Part shown: positions 8,104-16,493 of the stretch, piece after piece
Numbering within the stretch: the first letter of the stretch is position 1
How the letters are laid out: every line of letters begins with the position of its first letter
Origin: an uncultured Candidatus Saccharibacteria bacterium
GTDB taxonomy: Bacteria > Patescibacteriota > Minisyncoccia > Phycocordibacterales > UBA9973
DNA length: 59,150 nucleotides
Assembly (NCBI GenBank): GCA_964563715.1
Contig: CAZLXA010000003.1
Coordinates: 1 to 59,150, forward strand
Direction: 5' to 3'
Notes under the pieces: generated by a model
Databases searched by the model: none
Seen by the model: the letters and a program-made list of their open reading frames with translations, nothing else
What the model was told of the DNA's origin: nothing
Made by a program: the position numbers and the translations under genes

Positions 8104-8922
8104 ATGGCTAATCGTTGGACAAAAGAAGAAGAGTATAAATATCGGTCAGAGCTTTTAGATTATTATGTTAAACAAAATAAAAGTTTACGTGACATTTCAG
8201 AAATTCTAAATATTCCAGAATCAACAATTTTCAAAAGAATGGAACGTTTACAAATAAAAACAAAGCCTCATTTAAAAGAGAATTATTTAAAGAAAAGAAA
8301 GGGCATAAAAATTCCTAATAAATATTCTGTGGATTTGGCCGAATTTTTTGGAATAATGCTAGGAGATGGACATATAAGTCACTTTCAAATTGTTGTCAGT
8401 TTGGGAAATAAAGAAGAAGAATATGCAAAATATGTTAGTTTGCTTATAAAAAAGATATTCGAAACAGATGCAAAAATTTCTATTCGTAAGACCGGATATA
8501 GAGACGTTTATCTTGGTTCAGTTGATATAACTTCATGGTTATTTAAAAAAGGGCTAGTTTCAAATAAAGTTAAATCCCAAGTAAATGTTCCTTCGTGGAT
8601 TTTTAGTAAAGATAAATATATGAAAAGTTTTTTAAGAGGATTCTTTGATACAGATGGATCAGTGTATAAATTAAAATACGGTATCCAGATATCTTTTTGT
8701 AATAGATCATTACCTATTCTTAAATCTTTACAATTAATGTTAAAAAGGTTAAGATATAATCCATCGAGTGTTAGTTTATATAATCTATACCTTACCAGAA
8801 GGAAAGATGTAAAAAGATTTTTTGAAGAAATAAAACCTTCAAACCATAAGCATACAAGTCGATATTTAAAAATTGAAAACGATTTGCGCCGATCGGATAG
8901 CGGCTATTCCAGGAGACTGTAA
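8104..8922 (+). CDS. free-standing LAGLIDADG homing-endonuclease-like protein with an N-terminal HTH
   Basis: 272 aa. Two LAGLIDADG motifs are present: LAEFFGIMLGDGHIS and FLRGFFDTDGSV. The N-terminal SLRDISEILNIPESTIFKRMERL looks HTH-like. The 3' end overlaps tRNA-Tyr by 37 nt. Confidence 0.85.
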   Translation: MANRWTKEEEYKYRSELLDYYVKQNKSLRDISEILNIPESTIFKRMERLQIKTKPHLKENYLKKRKGIKIPNKYSVDLAEFFGIMLGDGHISHFQIVVSLGNKEEEYAKYVSLLIKKIFETDAKISIRKTGYRDVYLGSVDITSWLFKKGLVSNKVKSQVNVPSWIFSKDKYMKSFLRGFFDTDGSVYKLKYGIQISFCNRSLPILKSLQLMLKRLRYNPSSVSLYNLYLTRRKDVKRFFEEIKPSNHKHTSRYLKIENDLRRSDSGYSRRL

Positions 8923-8968
8923 ATCTCCCACCCTTTGGGTATCGTTGGTTCGAGTCCAACTCGGCGCA
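8886..8968 (+). tRNA. tRNA-Tyr (anticodon GTA), long variable arm, no encoded CCA
   Basis: Acceptor stem GCGCCGA/TCGGCGC with discriminator A. Anticodon stem GGAGA/TCTCC with loop CTGTAAA. Long variable arm. T arm GTTGG-TTCGAGT-CCAAC. Confidence 0.9.
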
Positions 8969-8992
8969 CAAAACAAACAAACCCTGAAAAGT

Positions 8993-9021
8993 AAAAAACA
9001 CAGGCCTTGCCTGTGCTATTT
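8993..9021. terminator. intrinsic terminator, best on the minus strand for clpB
   Basis: AAAAAA-CACAGGC-CTT-GCCTGTG. On the minus strand the hairpin is followed by TTTTTT. Confidence 0.7.
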
Positions 9022-9025
9022 AATA

Positions 9026-11719
9026 TTATTTACTACTTTTAATTCCTGTTTTTGAAATTCGTATATTTGACTTAACTTTTAGTTTTTTCATTTCAATCAC
9101 TAATTCGTTGTTTTTGAAAGTTACATAAACTGTATCCCCTTTTTTGACTCCTCCCGAAATTATAAACATCGCTACCGGATTAAGAATTTTATCTTGAATC
9201 AGTCTGCCCAGAGGTCGAGCTCCATAATGTGGGTCATATCCCTCTTTAGCAAGATAGGTAAGAGCTTCATCTGAAATATCGAGAATAATATTTTTACCTA
9301 ATAAACGCTCACGAATAACTTTAATTTTTATATCAACAATATTCCTAATTACTTCTGGAGAAAGAATATCGAAGACAATGATATCATCGAGTCGATTCAA
9401 AAATTCTGGACGAAAATGTTCTTTTAAAGAATCCAAAACTTTTTCTTTAGTTTGAGCATATTCATCTTTTTTAGTTTTATTAGTAAAACCAAGCGATTCC
9501 ATTTTTTCAATATAATTTGAACCCAAATTTGATGTCAAAATTATAATCGTATTTTTAAAGTTAACGATTCTGCCTTTGGCATCAGTTAAGCGCCCTTCAT
9601 CGAGTACTTGGAGTAAAACATTAAAAACTTCTGGGTGGGCTTTCTCTATTTCATCAAATAAGACAACTGAATATGGACGATGCCGAACAGCTTCAGTTAA
9701 ATTACCCGATTCATCGTAACCAACATATCCAGGGGGTGAACCAATAAGTTTTGAAATACTATGGCGTTCGGTATATTCACTCATATCAACTCGCACTAGA
9801 GCCTTATCATCATTAAATAAAAACTGGGCCAGAGCTTTAGTTAATTCAGTTTTCCCAACCCCTGTTGGCCCCAAGAAAATAAATGAACCCATCGGTTTAT
9901 TGGGGTCTGAAATTCCCGCTCGACTTCTTCGAACAACATCAGCAATTTTTTTAATTGCTAAATCTTGTCCGACAACTCGCTCTCTCAATTCATTTTCAAT
10001 TTGAGCTAACTTTTTTAATTCTTCTTCAAGCATCTTTTCAAGTGGCACTCCAGTCCAACGCGAAACGACAGAAGCTATATCTTCAGTCGTAATTTCTTCT
10101 TTCAAAATTCGACGCGATTTTTGTAATTTCTTTAAGCGAGTAAGCTTAACCTGTAACTTATTTTTTAAATCAGGAATTTCTCCATAGCGTATTTCAGCTG
10201 CTCTGCCTAAGTCGGCTTTCATTTCAGAATTCTCAGCTTCAATTCGTAAAGATTCCAATTCTTTTTTAATTTCTCGAATTTCTAGCACTGTCTCTTTTTC
10301 ATTTTTCCATTTAAGTTCAAGCTCGTGAGTTTTTTCTTTTAAATTAGCAATTTCTTTTTCAATTTCTTTCATTCGAGCTCTTGTCTCTTTGCCTTCCGCT
10401 TGATTAACTCTTGCCATTTCATTATTAAGTGCTTGTTTTTCAACTTCAAAACGCATTATCTTACGATCTGCTTCTTCTAAAATTTGTGGCTTATTTTCAA
10501 GAGCCAAACGAAGTGATGAGGAAGCCTCGTCAATTAAATCGACAGCCTTATCAGGTAAATATCGATTTGTAATATATCTGGAACTTAAATTAACCGCTGA
10601 AATAATTGCCTCATCAGTAATTCTTACTCCGTGGAATAATTCGTATTTTTCTTTCAACCCTCGCAAAATTGCAATTGCATCATCTATATTTGGTTCATCA
10701 ATATAAACCGGTTGAAAACGTCGAGCCAAAGCAGGATCTTTTTCAATATGTTTTTGATATTCTTTTAAGGTGGTGGCCCCTATCGCTCGAAGCTCACCAC
10801 GCGCCAAAGCTGGCTTTAGCATATTTGAAGCATCAAGTGAACCTTCAGACGAACCAGCCCCAACAATGGTATGGATCTCATCAATAAAAAGAATTATTTT
10901 GCCATCTGATTTTTCTATTTCTTTCATAATGCCTCGCAATCTTTCTTCAAATTCTCCGCGGTATTTTGTTCCCGATAAAAGCAAGCCCAAATCAAGAGCA
11001 ACAACTTCTTTATCTTTCAAACTCTCGGGCACATCGTTCTTGGCAATTCGAATAGCTAGGGCTTCTGCTACGGCAGTTTTTCCTGTTCCGGCCTCCCCTA
11101 TTAAAATTGGGTTATTTTTTGTTCGGCGAGATAAAATCTGCATCATTCTCATAATTTCTATATCTCGACCTATAACAGGATCGAGTTTATCTTCTTTTGC
11201 TAAGTCAGTTAGATTACGAGTGAATTTAACCAATAATTTTGGTTTTCGAGAAGAAGTATTTTCCGAAATATTTTCACTGCGTAATAATTTCAAAACATTT
11301 AAAACTTTTTCTTTGTTTATTTTAAAGCGCCCCAACAATTCGCGAGCCTCACCTGGAACTTCCAAAAGTGAAACAAATAAATGTTCAGTTGAAACAAATT
11401 CATCTTTTAAAGCCAATGCCACCTTACTAGAATTCTCAATCACTTGGGCTAAATCTGGAGTTAAATAAATTTGATATGATGGCGATAAAGTATTTCTATT
11501 TTCTGGTGATTCAGTCATTTCTATTAAATTATCAGTCAGAAGCATAGTATCTACTTCCATTTTATCTAGTATTGATATTACTAATGAATCCTCTTGAATA
11601 AGAAGAGCTGTTAATAAATGCAAAGAATTAACATGGTTTTGGCCACGTTCAATAGCTAGCTCGTGAGCTTTTCTTATTACTTCTTTTGCTTTAGTTGTAA
11701 AATTGTTAAATGGTGGCAT
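9026..11719 (-). CDS. clpB: ClpB disaggregase (AAA+ chaperone)
   Basis: 897 aa. Clp_N repeats. Walker A sites GEAGTGKTA and GPTGVGKTE. A long coiled-coil middle domain lies between the two AAA modules. Confidence 0.95.
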   Translation of the reverse strand: MPPFNNFTTKAKEVIRKAHELAIERGQNHVNSLHLLTALLIQEDSLVISILDKMEVDTMLLTDNLIEMTESPENRNTLSPSYQIYLTPDLAQVIENSSKVALALKDEFVSTEHLFVSLLEVPGEARELLGRFKINKEKVLNVLKLLRSENISENTSSRKPKLLVKFTRNLTDLAKEDKLDPVIGRDIEIMRMMQILSRRTKNNPILIGEAGTGKTAVAEALAIRIAKNDVPESLKDKEVVALDLGLLLSGTKYRGEFEERLRGIMKEIEKSDGKIILFIDEIHTIVGAGSSEGSLDASNMLKPALARGELRAIGATTLKEYQKHIEKDPALARRFQPVYIDEPNIDDAIAILRGLKEKYELFHGVRITDEAIISAVNLSSRYITNRYLPDKAVDLIDEASSSLRLALENKPQILEEADRKIMRFEVEKQALNNEMARVNQAEGKETRARMKEIEKEIANLKEKTHELELKWKNEKETVLEIREIKKELESLRIEAENSEMKADLGRAAEIRYGEIPDLKNKLQVKLTRLKKLQKSRRILKEEITTEDIASVVSRWTGVPLEKMLEEELKKLAQIENELRERVVGQDLAIKKIADVVRRSRAGISDPNKPMGSFIFLGPTGVGKTELTKALAQFLFNDDKALVRVDMSEYTERHSISKLIGSPPGYVGYDESGNLTEAVRHRPYSVVLFDEIEKAHPEVFNVLLQVLDEGRLTDAKGRIVNFKNTIIILTSNLGSNYIEKMESLGFTNKTKKDEYAQTKEKVLDSLKEHFRPEFLNRLDDIIVFDILSPEVIRNIVDIKIKVIRERLLGKNIILDISDEALTYLAKEGYDPHYGARPLGRLIQDKILNPVAMFIISGGVKKGDTVYVTFKNNELVIEMKKLKVKSNIRISKTGIKSSK

Positions 11720-11734
11720 AAATATATAATTAAA

Positions 11735-11760
11735 AATTACGAATTAATAATTACGAATTA
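11735..11760. repeat. two copies of AATTACGAATTA (14-nt period) just upstream of the clpB start
   Basis: Copies at 11735-11746 and 11749-11760. This is the same heptad family as the arrays at 13388-13415 and 42728-42755. Confidence 0.7.
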
Positions 11761-11783
11761 AAATACAAAAATTTTATAATTGT

Positions 11784-12365
11784 TTACTGTGTTTTAATTG
11801 TAGAGTCAGTATTTTCTGTGTTTTCAGTTGTCTCTGTGGTGGTAGGTTCTATTGGAGAAATTTTAAGAATAGTAAAACCATTATTAAACTTTTTTAAAAC
11901 TTCTACACTAAAGTCGGTTTTATTTAAAATTACTTTATATTTATCTGTCTCATTAACTAAGCTTGAATCAATTAAAATTAAACCAACTTCCGAAATAATA
12001 ATCCCTTGACCAATTGGCTCAATTGCTGAACTCTCACTTATCTGATCAGAATTTTGGATTGTTTCAATTTTATTATTTAAATAAATAGAAACAAGAGCAT
12101 TACTATCACCTAATGTCACAATAGAGTTTGAGACGGAATTATTTGAATTACCATTTGAATATATCCCACCATTATTTGCCGGAACTTCAACTGTTGTAAC
12201 TTTTTCTATCGTCCGTTCGATAACATTGTTTATAGCTTGAGGTACACTAGCGGGCATTTGCTTCATAAGTGAAACCGTAACAATACCAGTGGCAATCGAA
12301 ACCACAAAAGTTATCAATAAAACCAATAAAATAAGCTGTTTTTTGTCTAATTCTTTAATATCCAT
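11784..12365 (-). CDS. membrane-anchored hypothetical protein; possible degenerate N-terminal half of a trypsin-like (HtrA-type) fold
   Basis: 193 aa with an N-terminal TM helix LILLVLLITFVVSIATGIVTV. GQGIIISEVGLILID and FTILKI faintly resemble S1C protease strands. No catalytic His or Ser is seen. Confidence 0.5.
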   Translation of the reverse strand: MDIKELDKKQLILLVLLITFVVSIATGIVTVSLMKQMPASVPQAINNVIERTIEKVTTVEVPANNGGIYSNGNSNNSVSNSIVTLGDSNALVSIYLNNKIETIQNSDQISESSAIEPIGQGIIISEVGLILIDSSLVNETDKYKVILNKTDFSVEVLKKFNNGFTILKISPIEPTTTETTENTENTDSTIKTQ

Positions 12366-12391
12366 GTCAGAATTATATCATATACTCACCC

Positions 12392-13696
12392 TTATTTCCA
12401 CTTTTTATATTTCTCTAAAATCTTTTTTAATTCCTTATATAATACATCGATGTCTTCTTTTTTATTACCCCTTCCCAAGGAAATTCGAAGTGAACCTTCT
12501 TCTATTCCATCTTTGGGACAAATTTTTCGAATAGCCTTAATAACATATGAACCTTGATCGTCGTCACTTTTGCACGCACTTTTTTCCGAAACATAAATAC
12601 CTCGAGCAGAAAGTTCAATAACTAAAAGTTCGCTTGATATCCCTCTGATTGAAATATTTATATTATTGGGTAATCTTTTTTCCTTATCGCCATTTAAAAT
12701 TATTTTGTAACCTGAAGTATCAGAGAGTGATAGTAATTTTTCGATTCCATAATCTCTAATTTTTGTCAGCCTCTCTGTTTCTTTTTGTTTAATTTTATTT
12801 GTTATTTCAAAAGCAGAAGTTACTCCGGCAATTAAAGAAACACTTTCCGTGCCAGAATGTAAACCAAATTCTTGACCTCCCCCACTATATAATGGAGACA
12901 AATCTATATTTCTTTTTTTATATAAAATACCAATTCCTTTCGGTCCATAAATTTTTGAGCTATTGAAGGTCATTAAATCAACACCCAATTTCTCAATATT
13001 TTCAGTCGGTAAATAATTCATTGCCTGACATGCATCCGTATGGAAAACAGGAAGAAGAGCGGGAAAAGGCCTTGCCTCAATAGAGCCCGAGGCAAGGCCT
13101 TGAGGAGCTCTTTTTATTTTCCTAAACCTTCTAATTATTTTTGCGATTTCTTCTATTGGTTCTATTGTTCCAATTTCATTATTAGCGTACATAACTGAAA
13201 CTAAAACTGTATTTTCTTTTAGTGATTCTTCCAACTCAGAAAGATCTACAATTCCATTTTTATCAACCGAAACATATGTCACTTCGGCCTGCCCTCTTTC
13301 TTCGAGCATTTTACAATTTTCAAGTACGGCAGGGTGTTCTATTTTCGTCGTCACAATATGTGGAATTTTGTATTCTGTATTTTCATTCTTAATTCTTAAT
13401 TCGTAATTCGTAATTATCCCTATTATTGCAAGAGCATCGCTTTCTGTTCCGCTTCCGGTAAATATTATTTCATCACTATGCGCATTTATTAATTTAGCAA
13501 CTTTTTTTCTTGACTCTTCTATAATATTTCTTGCTTTTACACCCCTATCATAAATAGCGCTTGGGTTTGCAAAAAATTCTCGCTCATAAAAAGCGACTTG
13601 TCTGCCAACCTTTTTATCAATGGGTGTAGACCCTGCATGATCTAAATATATTATTTTCTTTCTAAACATATTATTACTATACCATATTTCCATCAC
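12392..13696 (-). CDS. class V aminotransferase / cysteine desulfurase (NifS/IscS-like)
   Basis: 434 aa. Motifs: YLDHAGSTP, FTGSGTESD, FHTDACQ, PLP-lysine region FNSSKIYGPKGIG and Cys loop SEKSACKSD. The likely true start is the MFRKKIIYLD ATG at 13669. Confidence 0.9.
   Translation of the reverse strand: MMEIWYSNNMFRKKIIYLDHAGSTPIDKKVGRQVAFYEREFFANPSAIYDRGVKARNIIEESRKKVAKLINAHSDEIIFTGSGTESDALAIIGIITNYELRIKNENTEYKIPHIVTTKIEHPAVLENCKMLEERGQAEVTYVSVDKNGIVDLSELEESLKENTVLVSVMYANNEIGTIEPIEEIAKIIRRFRKIKRAPQGLASGSIEARPFPALLPVFHTDACQAMNYLPTENIEKLGVDLMTFNSSKIYGPKGIGILYKKRNIDLSPLYSGGGQEFGLHSGTESVSLIAGVTSAFEITNKIKQKETERLTKIRDYGIEKLLSLSDTSGYKIILNGDKEKRLPNNINISIRGISSELLVIELSARGIYVSEKSACKSDDDQGSYVIKAIRKICPKDGIEEGSLRISLGRGNKKEDIDVLYKELKKILEKYKKWK
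13066..13101. repeat. GC-rich 13-bp perfect inverted repeat inserted in-frame in the cysteine desulfurase gene
   Basis: AAGGCCTTGCCTC-(10 nt)-GAGGCAAGGCCTT. It encodes part of the extra loop RAPQGLASGSIEARPFP just before the conserved FHTDACQ. Confidence 0.75.
13388..13415. repeat. four tandem heptamers C[T/G]TAATT inside the cysteine desulfurase CDS
   Basis: cttaatt cttaatt cgtaatt cgtaatt, read on the coding strand as ITNYELRIKN. Confidence 0.75.
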
Positions 13697-13770
13697 TACC
13701 CAACCTCAAATGACAAGAAATTATTTTCTTATTGTAAAAAAAGCCTTATTGGTATATACTCTTTTAGTAT

Positions 13771-14217
13771 ATGAATACTATTATCTTATTTTATATAATT
13801 TCAGCGGTTGTTATTATCATTTTACTATGGATTTTAATGATTGAGATTCGATTAAAAAAAATCTTTGCAGGTACGAAGGCTCGTAATTTAGAAGAAATGA
13901 TTGTGATCGTTGGTAAAAAAATAAATCAACTTGAAGAAAAAGAAGAAAAAATAGATAATCACTTAAAAACAATTGACGACAGATTAAATAAGTCAATTCG
14001 AAGTATAGAAACAGTTCGTTTTAATCCATTCGTTGATGCTGGAAGTAATCAAAGTTTTGCAATTTCTTTTATGAACGATGAGGGCAATGGAGTGGTCATG
14101 TCGTCATTATATGCACGCGACCGAATGAGTATTTTTGCTAAACCAATCGTCAAAGGGAAATCAGAATTTGAATTATCAAGTGAAGAAAAAGAAGTATTAG
14201 ATCGATCAATAAAATAA
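13771..14217 (+). CDS. DUF4446-like small membrane-anchored protein
   Basis: 148 aa. N-terminal TM helix, then a coiled segment, then VRFNPFVDAGSNQSFAISFMNDEGNGVVMSSLYARD. Confidence 0.65.
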   Translation: MNTIILFYIISAVVIIILLWILMIEIRLKKIFAGTKARNLEEMIVIVGKKINQLEEKEEKIDNHLKTIDDRLNKSIRSIETVRFNPFVDAGSNQSFAISFMNDEGNGVVMSSLYARDRMSIFAKPIVKGKSEFELSSEEKEVLDRSIK

Positions 14218-14251
14218 ATAAATTTATATTTTCAAAAATAAATACAAGCTA

Positions 14252-14336
14252 CACAAATTATATTCCGAAAAAAGTCCTCGGATGAGGGAGGACGAGGAGC
14301 CAGACATTTTTTCGTAAAATAATTTGTTCCGCTTTA
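14252..14336 (+). repeat. hairpin-forming leader element, copy A, ending 7 nt before the infB ATG
   Basis: The 22-nt left arm CACAAATTATATTCCGAAAAAA and the 35-nt right arm AGACATTTTTTCGTAAAATAATTTGTTCCGCTTTA are identical to copy B. ACAAATTAT pairs with ATAATTTGT, and CGAAAAAA pairs with TTTTTTCG. Confidence 0.8.
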
Positions 14337-14343
14337 AACTTTT

Positions 14344-15852
14344 ATGCCAGAAAAAACACAAACAATTGAAAAAGTTCGCCCACCCGTCGTTGTTGTTATG
14401 GGGCATGTTGATCATGGTAAATCAACTCTTTTAGACTATATTCGTAAATCAAACATAGTTGAAGGTGAAGCCGGTGGAATTACCCAACATATCAGCGCTT
14501 ATGAAGTGATGAGTATAGATGATAATGGAGAAAATAGATTAATTACTTTTTTAGACACTCCTGGCCATGAAGCTTTTTCAAAAATGAGAACCAGAGGGGC
14601 CGCAGTAGCCGATATTGCTATCCTTGTCGTTTCAGCCGAAGACAGCGTCAAAGCTCAAACACTCGAAGCTTATAATACAATCATTGAAAGTAAAACTCCT
14701 TATATTGTGGCTATTAATAAAATCGATCGCCCAAATGCCAATATCGAAAAAACGAAAATGGATTTAGTCGAAAAAGGCATATATTTAGAAGGTTTAGGTG
14801 GAGACATTCCTTTTGTCTTAATCTCTGCTAAAGCCGGTACTGGTATTGATGACCTTTTAAGTATGATTATTCTGGTGGCTGATTTAAATGAATTTAAGGC
14901 TAATCCTCAATTAAATGCCTCCGGTGTTATTATTGAAGCCAAGCGTGAACCAAAACGTGGAATTTCTGCTACGGGCGTCATAAAAAATGGAACTTTAAAA
15001 TCTGGAATGTTTGTGGCTTGCGGTGAAGCTATCGTCACAACTCGAATACTAGAAAATTTTAAAGGTTTACCTATTAAAGAAGCAACTTTCTCTTCACCTA
15101 TTAAACTTATTGGTTTTGAATCAATGCCAGAAGTTGGTAATATTTTTCAATCATTTAAAACAAAAAAGGAAGCTGAAAATTATGTTGAAAAAATAAAAGA
15201 AGAAAATTTAAATAATAAAAGTAACGAAAAACAAGAAACAACGACTGGGAAAATTATTCCGATAATTATAAAAACTGATGTTTCAGGAACAATTGAGGCA
15301 ATTGAAAAAGAAATTAGTAAATTAAATACTTTAGAATTATCATTTAAAATAATTACTAAAGGAGTTGGAGCCATAAATGAGTCTGATCTTAAGATGGGTA
15401 ATGTTAATAAAGAAAGTGTTATTGTTGGATTCAATACAAAATTAGATAATGGAGCTCGTGATTTAAATGAAACACTAAAAGTTAGAGTTGAAACATTTAA
15501 CATTATTTATAAATTGATAGATTGGCTAAAAGAAATCGTTGAGGAACGCCGTCCTCGCCAGGAAACAATTGAGGTTATTGGATCACTTAAAATTTTAAAA
15601 ACTTTTGGAGGAAGTAAAGGGAAACATATAGTTGGAGGTAAGGTTACAATTGGAAAAATTACTTATGGAAGTAATATTCGTATCATTCGTCGTGATTTTG
15701 AAATCGGCACAGGGAAAATTGTTGAATTACAAGTTAATAAAATAAAATCAAAGGAAGTTCAGGAAGGGTCAGATTGTGGACTCCAAGTTGAAACCAAAAT
15801 GGATATTGCCGCCGGTGATGTGCTTGAAGCGTTTGAAATTAAAATCGTTTAA
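14344..15852 (+). CDS. infB: translation initiation factor IF-2 (short form, no N-terminal extension)
   Basis: 502 aa. G1 GHVDHGKSTLLD, G3 DTPGHEAF, G4 NKIDR. Confidence 0.95.
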   Translation: MPEKTQTIEKVRPPVVVVMGHVDHGKSTLLDYIRKSNIVEGEAGGITQHISAYEVMSIDDNGENRLITFLDTPGHEAFSKMRTRGAAVADIAILVVSAEDSVKAQTLEAYNTIIESKTPYIVAINKIDRPNANIEKTKMDLVEKGIYLEGLGGDIPFVLISAKAGTGIDDLLSMIILVADLNEFKANPQLNASGVIIEAKREPKRGISATGVIKNGTLKSGMFVACGEAIVTTRILENFKGLPIKEATFSSPIKLIGFESMPEVGNIFQSFKTKKEAENYVEKIKEENLNNKSNEKQETTTGKIIPIIIKTDVSGTIEAIEKEISKLNTLELSFKIITKGVGAINESDLKMGNVNKESVIVGFNTKLDNGARDLNETLKVRVETFNIIYKLIDWLKEIVEERRPRQETIEVIGSLKILKTFGGSKGKHIVGGKVTIGKITYGSNIRIIRRDFEIGTGKIVELQVNKIKSKEVQEGSDCGLQVETKMDIAAGDVLEAFEIKIV

Positions 15853-15861
15853 CAAAAGCTT

Positions 15862-15936
15862 CACAAATTATATTCCGAAAAAACTGTAAGAGGAAAAGGG
15901 TAGACATTTTTTCGTAAAATAATTTGTTCCGCTTTA
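15862..15936 (+). repeat. hairpin-forming leader element, copy B, ending 9 nt before the rbfA ATG
   Basis: Same arms as copy A, with a different and shorter central segment (CTGTAAGAGGAAAAGGGT). Confidence 0.8.
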
Positions 15937-15945
15937 TTTATATGT

Positions 15946-16272
15946 ATGTCAGAATATAGAAATGAAAAAATAAAAAATAATATCAAAGAACTGGCCGCTT
16001 TATATATTGAGCGTGAAGCTGGCCCGACTTCGATGATTACTGTCACTCGAGTTTTGATGTCCCCTGACGGAAAAAGAGCCAGTATTATGATTAGTGTCTT
16101 GCCGACAGAAAAAGAAAAAGCTGCCTACGGTTTTATCAAAAGAAACTTAGGTGAGTTACGGAAACACATCACTAAAAATTTACGGATAAATCCTATCCCC
16201 TTCCTAGATGTAGAAATTGATGAAGGTGAAAAAAATCGCCAAAAGATTGACGATTTGTTAATGAACGGTTAG
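15946..16272 (+). CDS. rbfA: ribosome-binding factor A
   Basis: 108 aa. KH-like core ITVTRVLMSPDGKRASIMISV. Located directly after infB, the conserved order. Confidence 0.85.
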   Translation: MSEYRNEKIKNNIKELAALYIEREAGPTSMITVTRVLMSPDGKRASIMISVLPTEKEKAAYGFIKRNLGELRKHITKNLRINPIPFLDVEIDEGEKNRQKIDDLLMNG

Positions 16273-16283
16273 GATAAAAATAA

Positions 16284-16355
16284 GGCGTGGTAGCCAAGTG
16301 GTAAGGCATTCCTCTGCAAAAGGAATATACGGCGGTTCGATTCCGCCTCACGCCT
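16284..16355 (+). tRNA. tRNA-Cys (anticodon GCA)
   Basis: Acceptor stem GGCGTGG/TCACGCC. Anticodon stem TTCCT/AGGAA with loop CTGCAAA. T arm GGCGG-TTCGATT-CCGCC. Confidence 0.9.
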
Positions 16356-16401
16356 CAAAGAGCTTTCAAAAGTTCTTAAAATGTAATAAGATGAAAAATA
16401 C

Positions 16402-16485
16402 GCCGGGGTGGCGAAATTGGTAGACGCACTGCTCTTAGGAAGCAGCGAGAGTAATCTCATGGAAGTTCAAGTCTTCTCCCCGGCA
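16402..16485 (+). tRNA. tRNA-Leu (anticodon TAG), long variable arm
   Basis: Acceptor stem GCCGGGG/CCCCGGC. Anticodon stem CTGCT/AGCAG with loop CTTAGGA. Long variable arm. T loop TTCAAGT. Confidence 0.9.
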
Positions 16486-16493
16486 CAAAATTT

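Noticed and set aside
8792-9055. ORFs 8792-9001 (minus strand) and 8873-9055 (plus strand).
   Set aside because: They run across tRNA-Tyr and the clpB terminator and have no coding signal.
10770-11468. 232-aa plus-strand ORF, plus the 72-aa ORF at 10669-10887.
   Set aside because: Both lie entirely antisense to the well-supported clpB gene. They have a low-complexity Ser/Phe/Ile-rich translation typical of shadow ORFs.
16269-16460. 63-aa minus-strand ORF.
   Set aside because: It spans tRNA-Cys and tRNA-Leu, and the tRNA folds explain the sequence.
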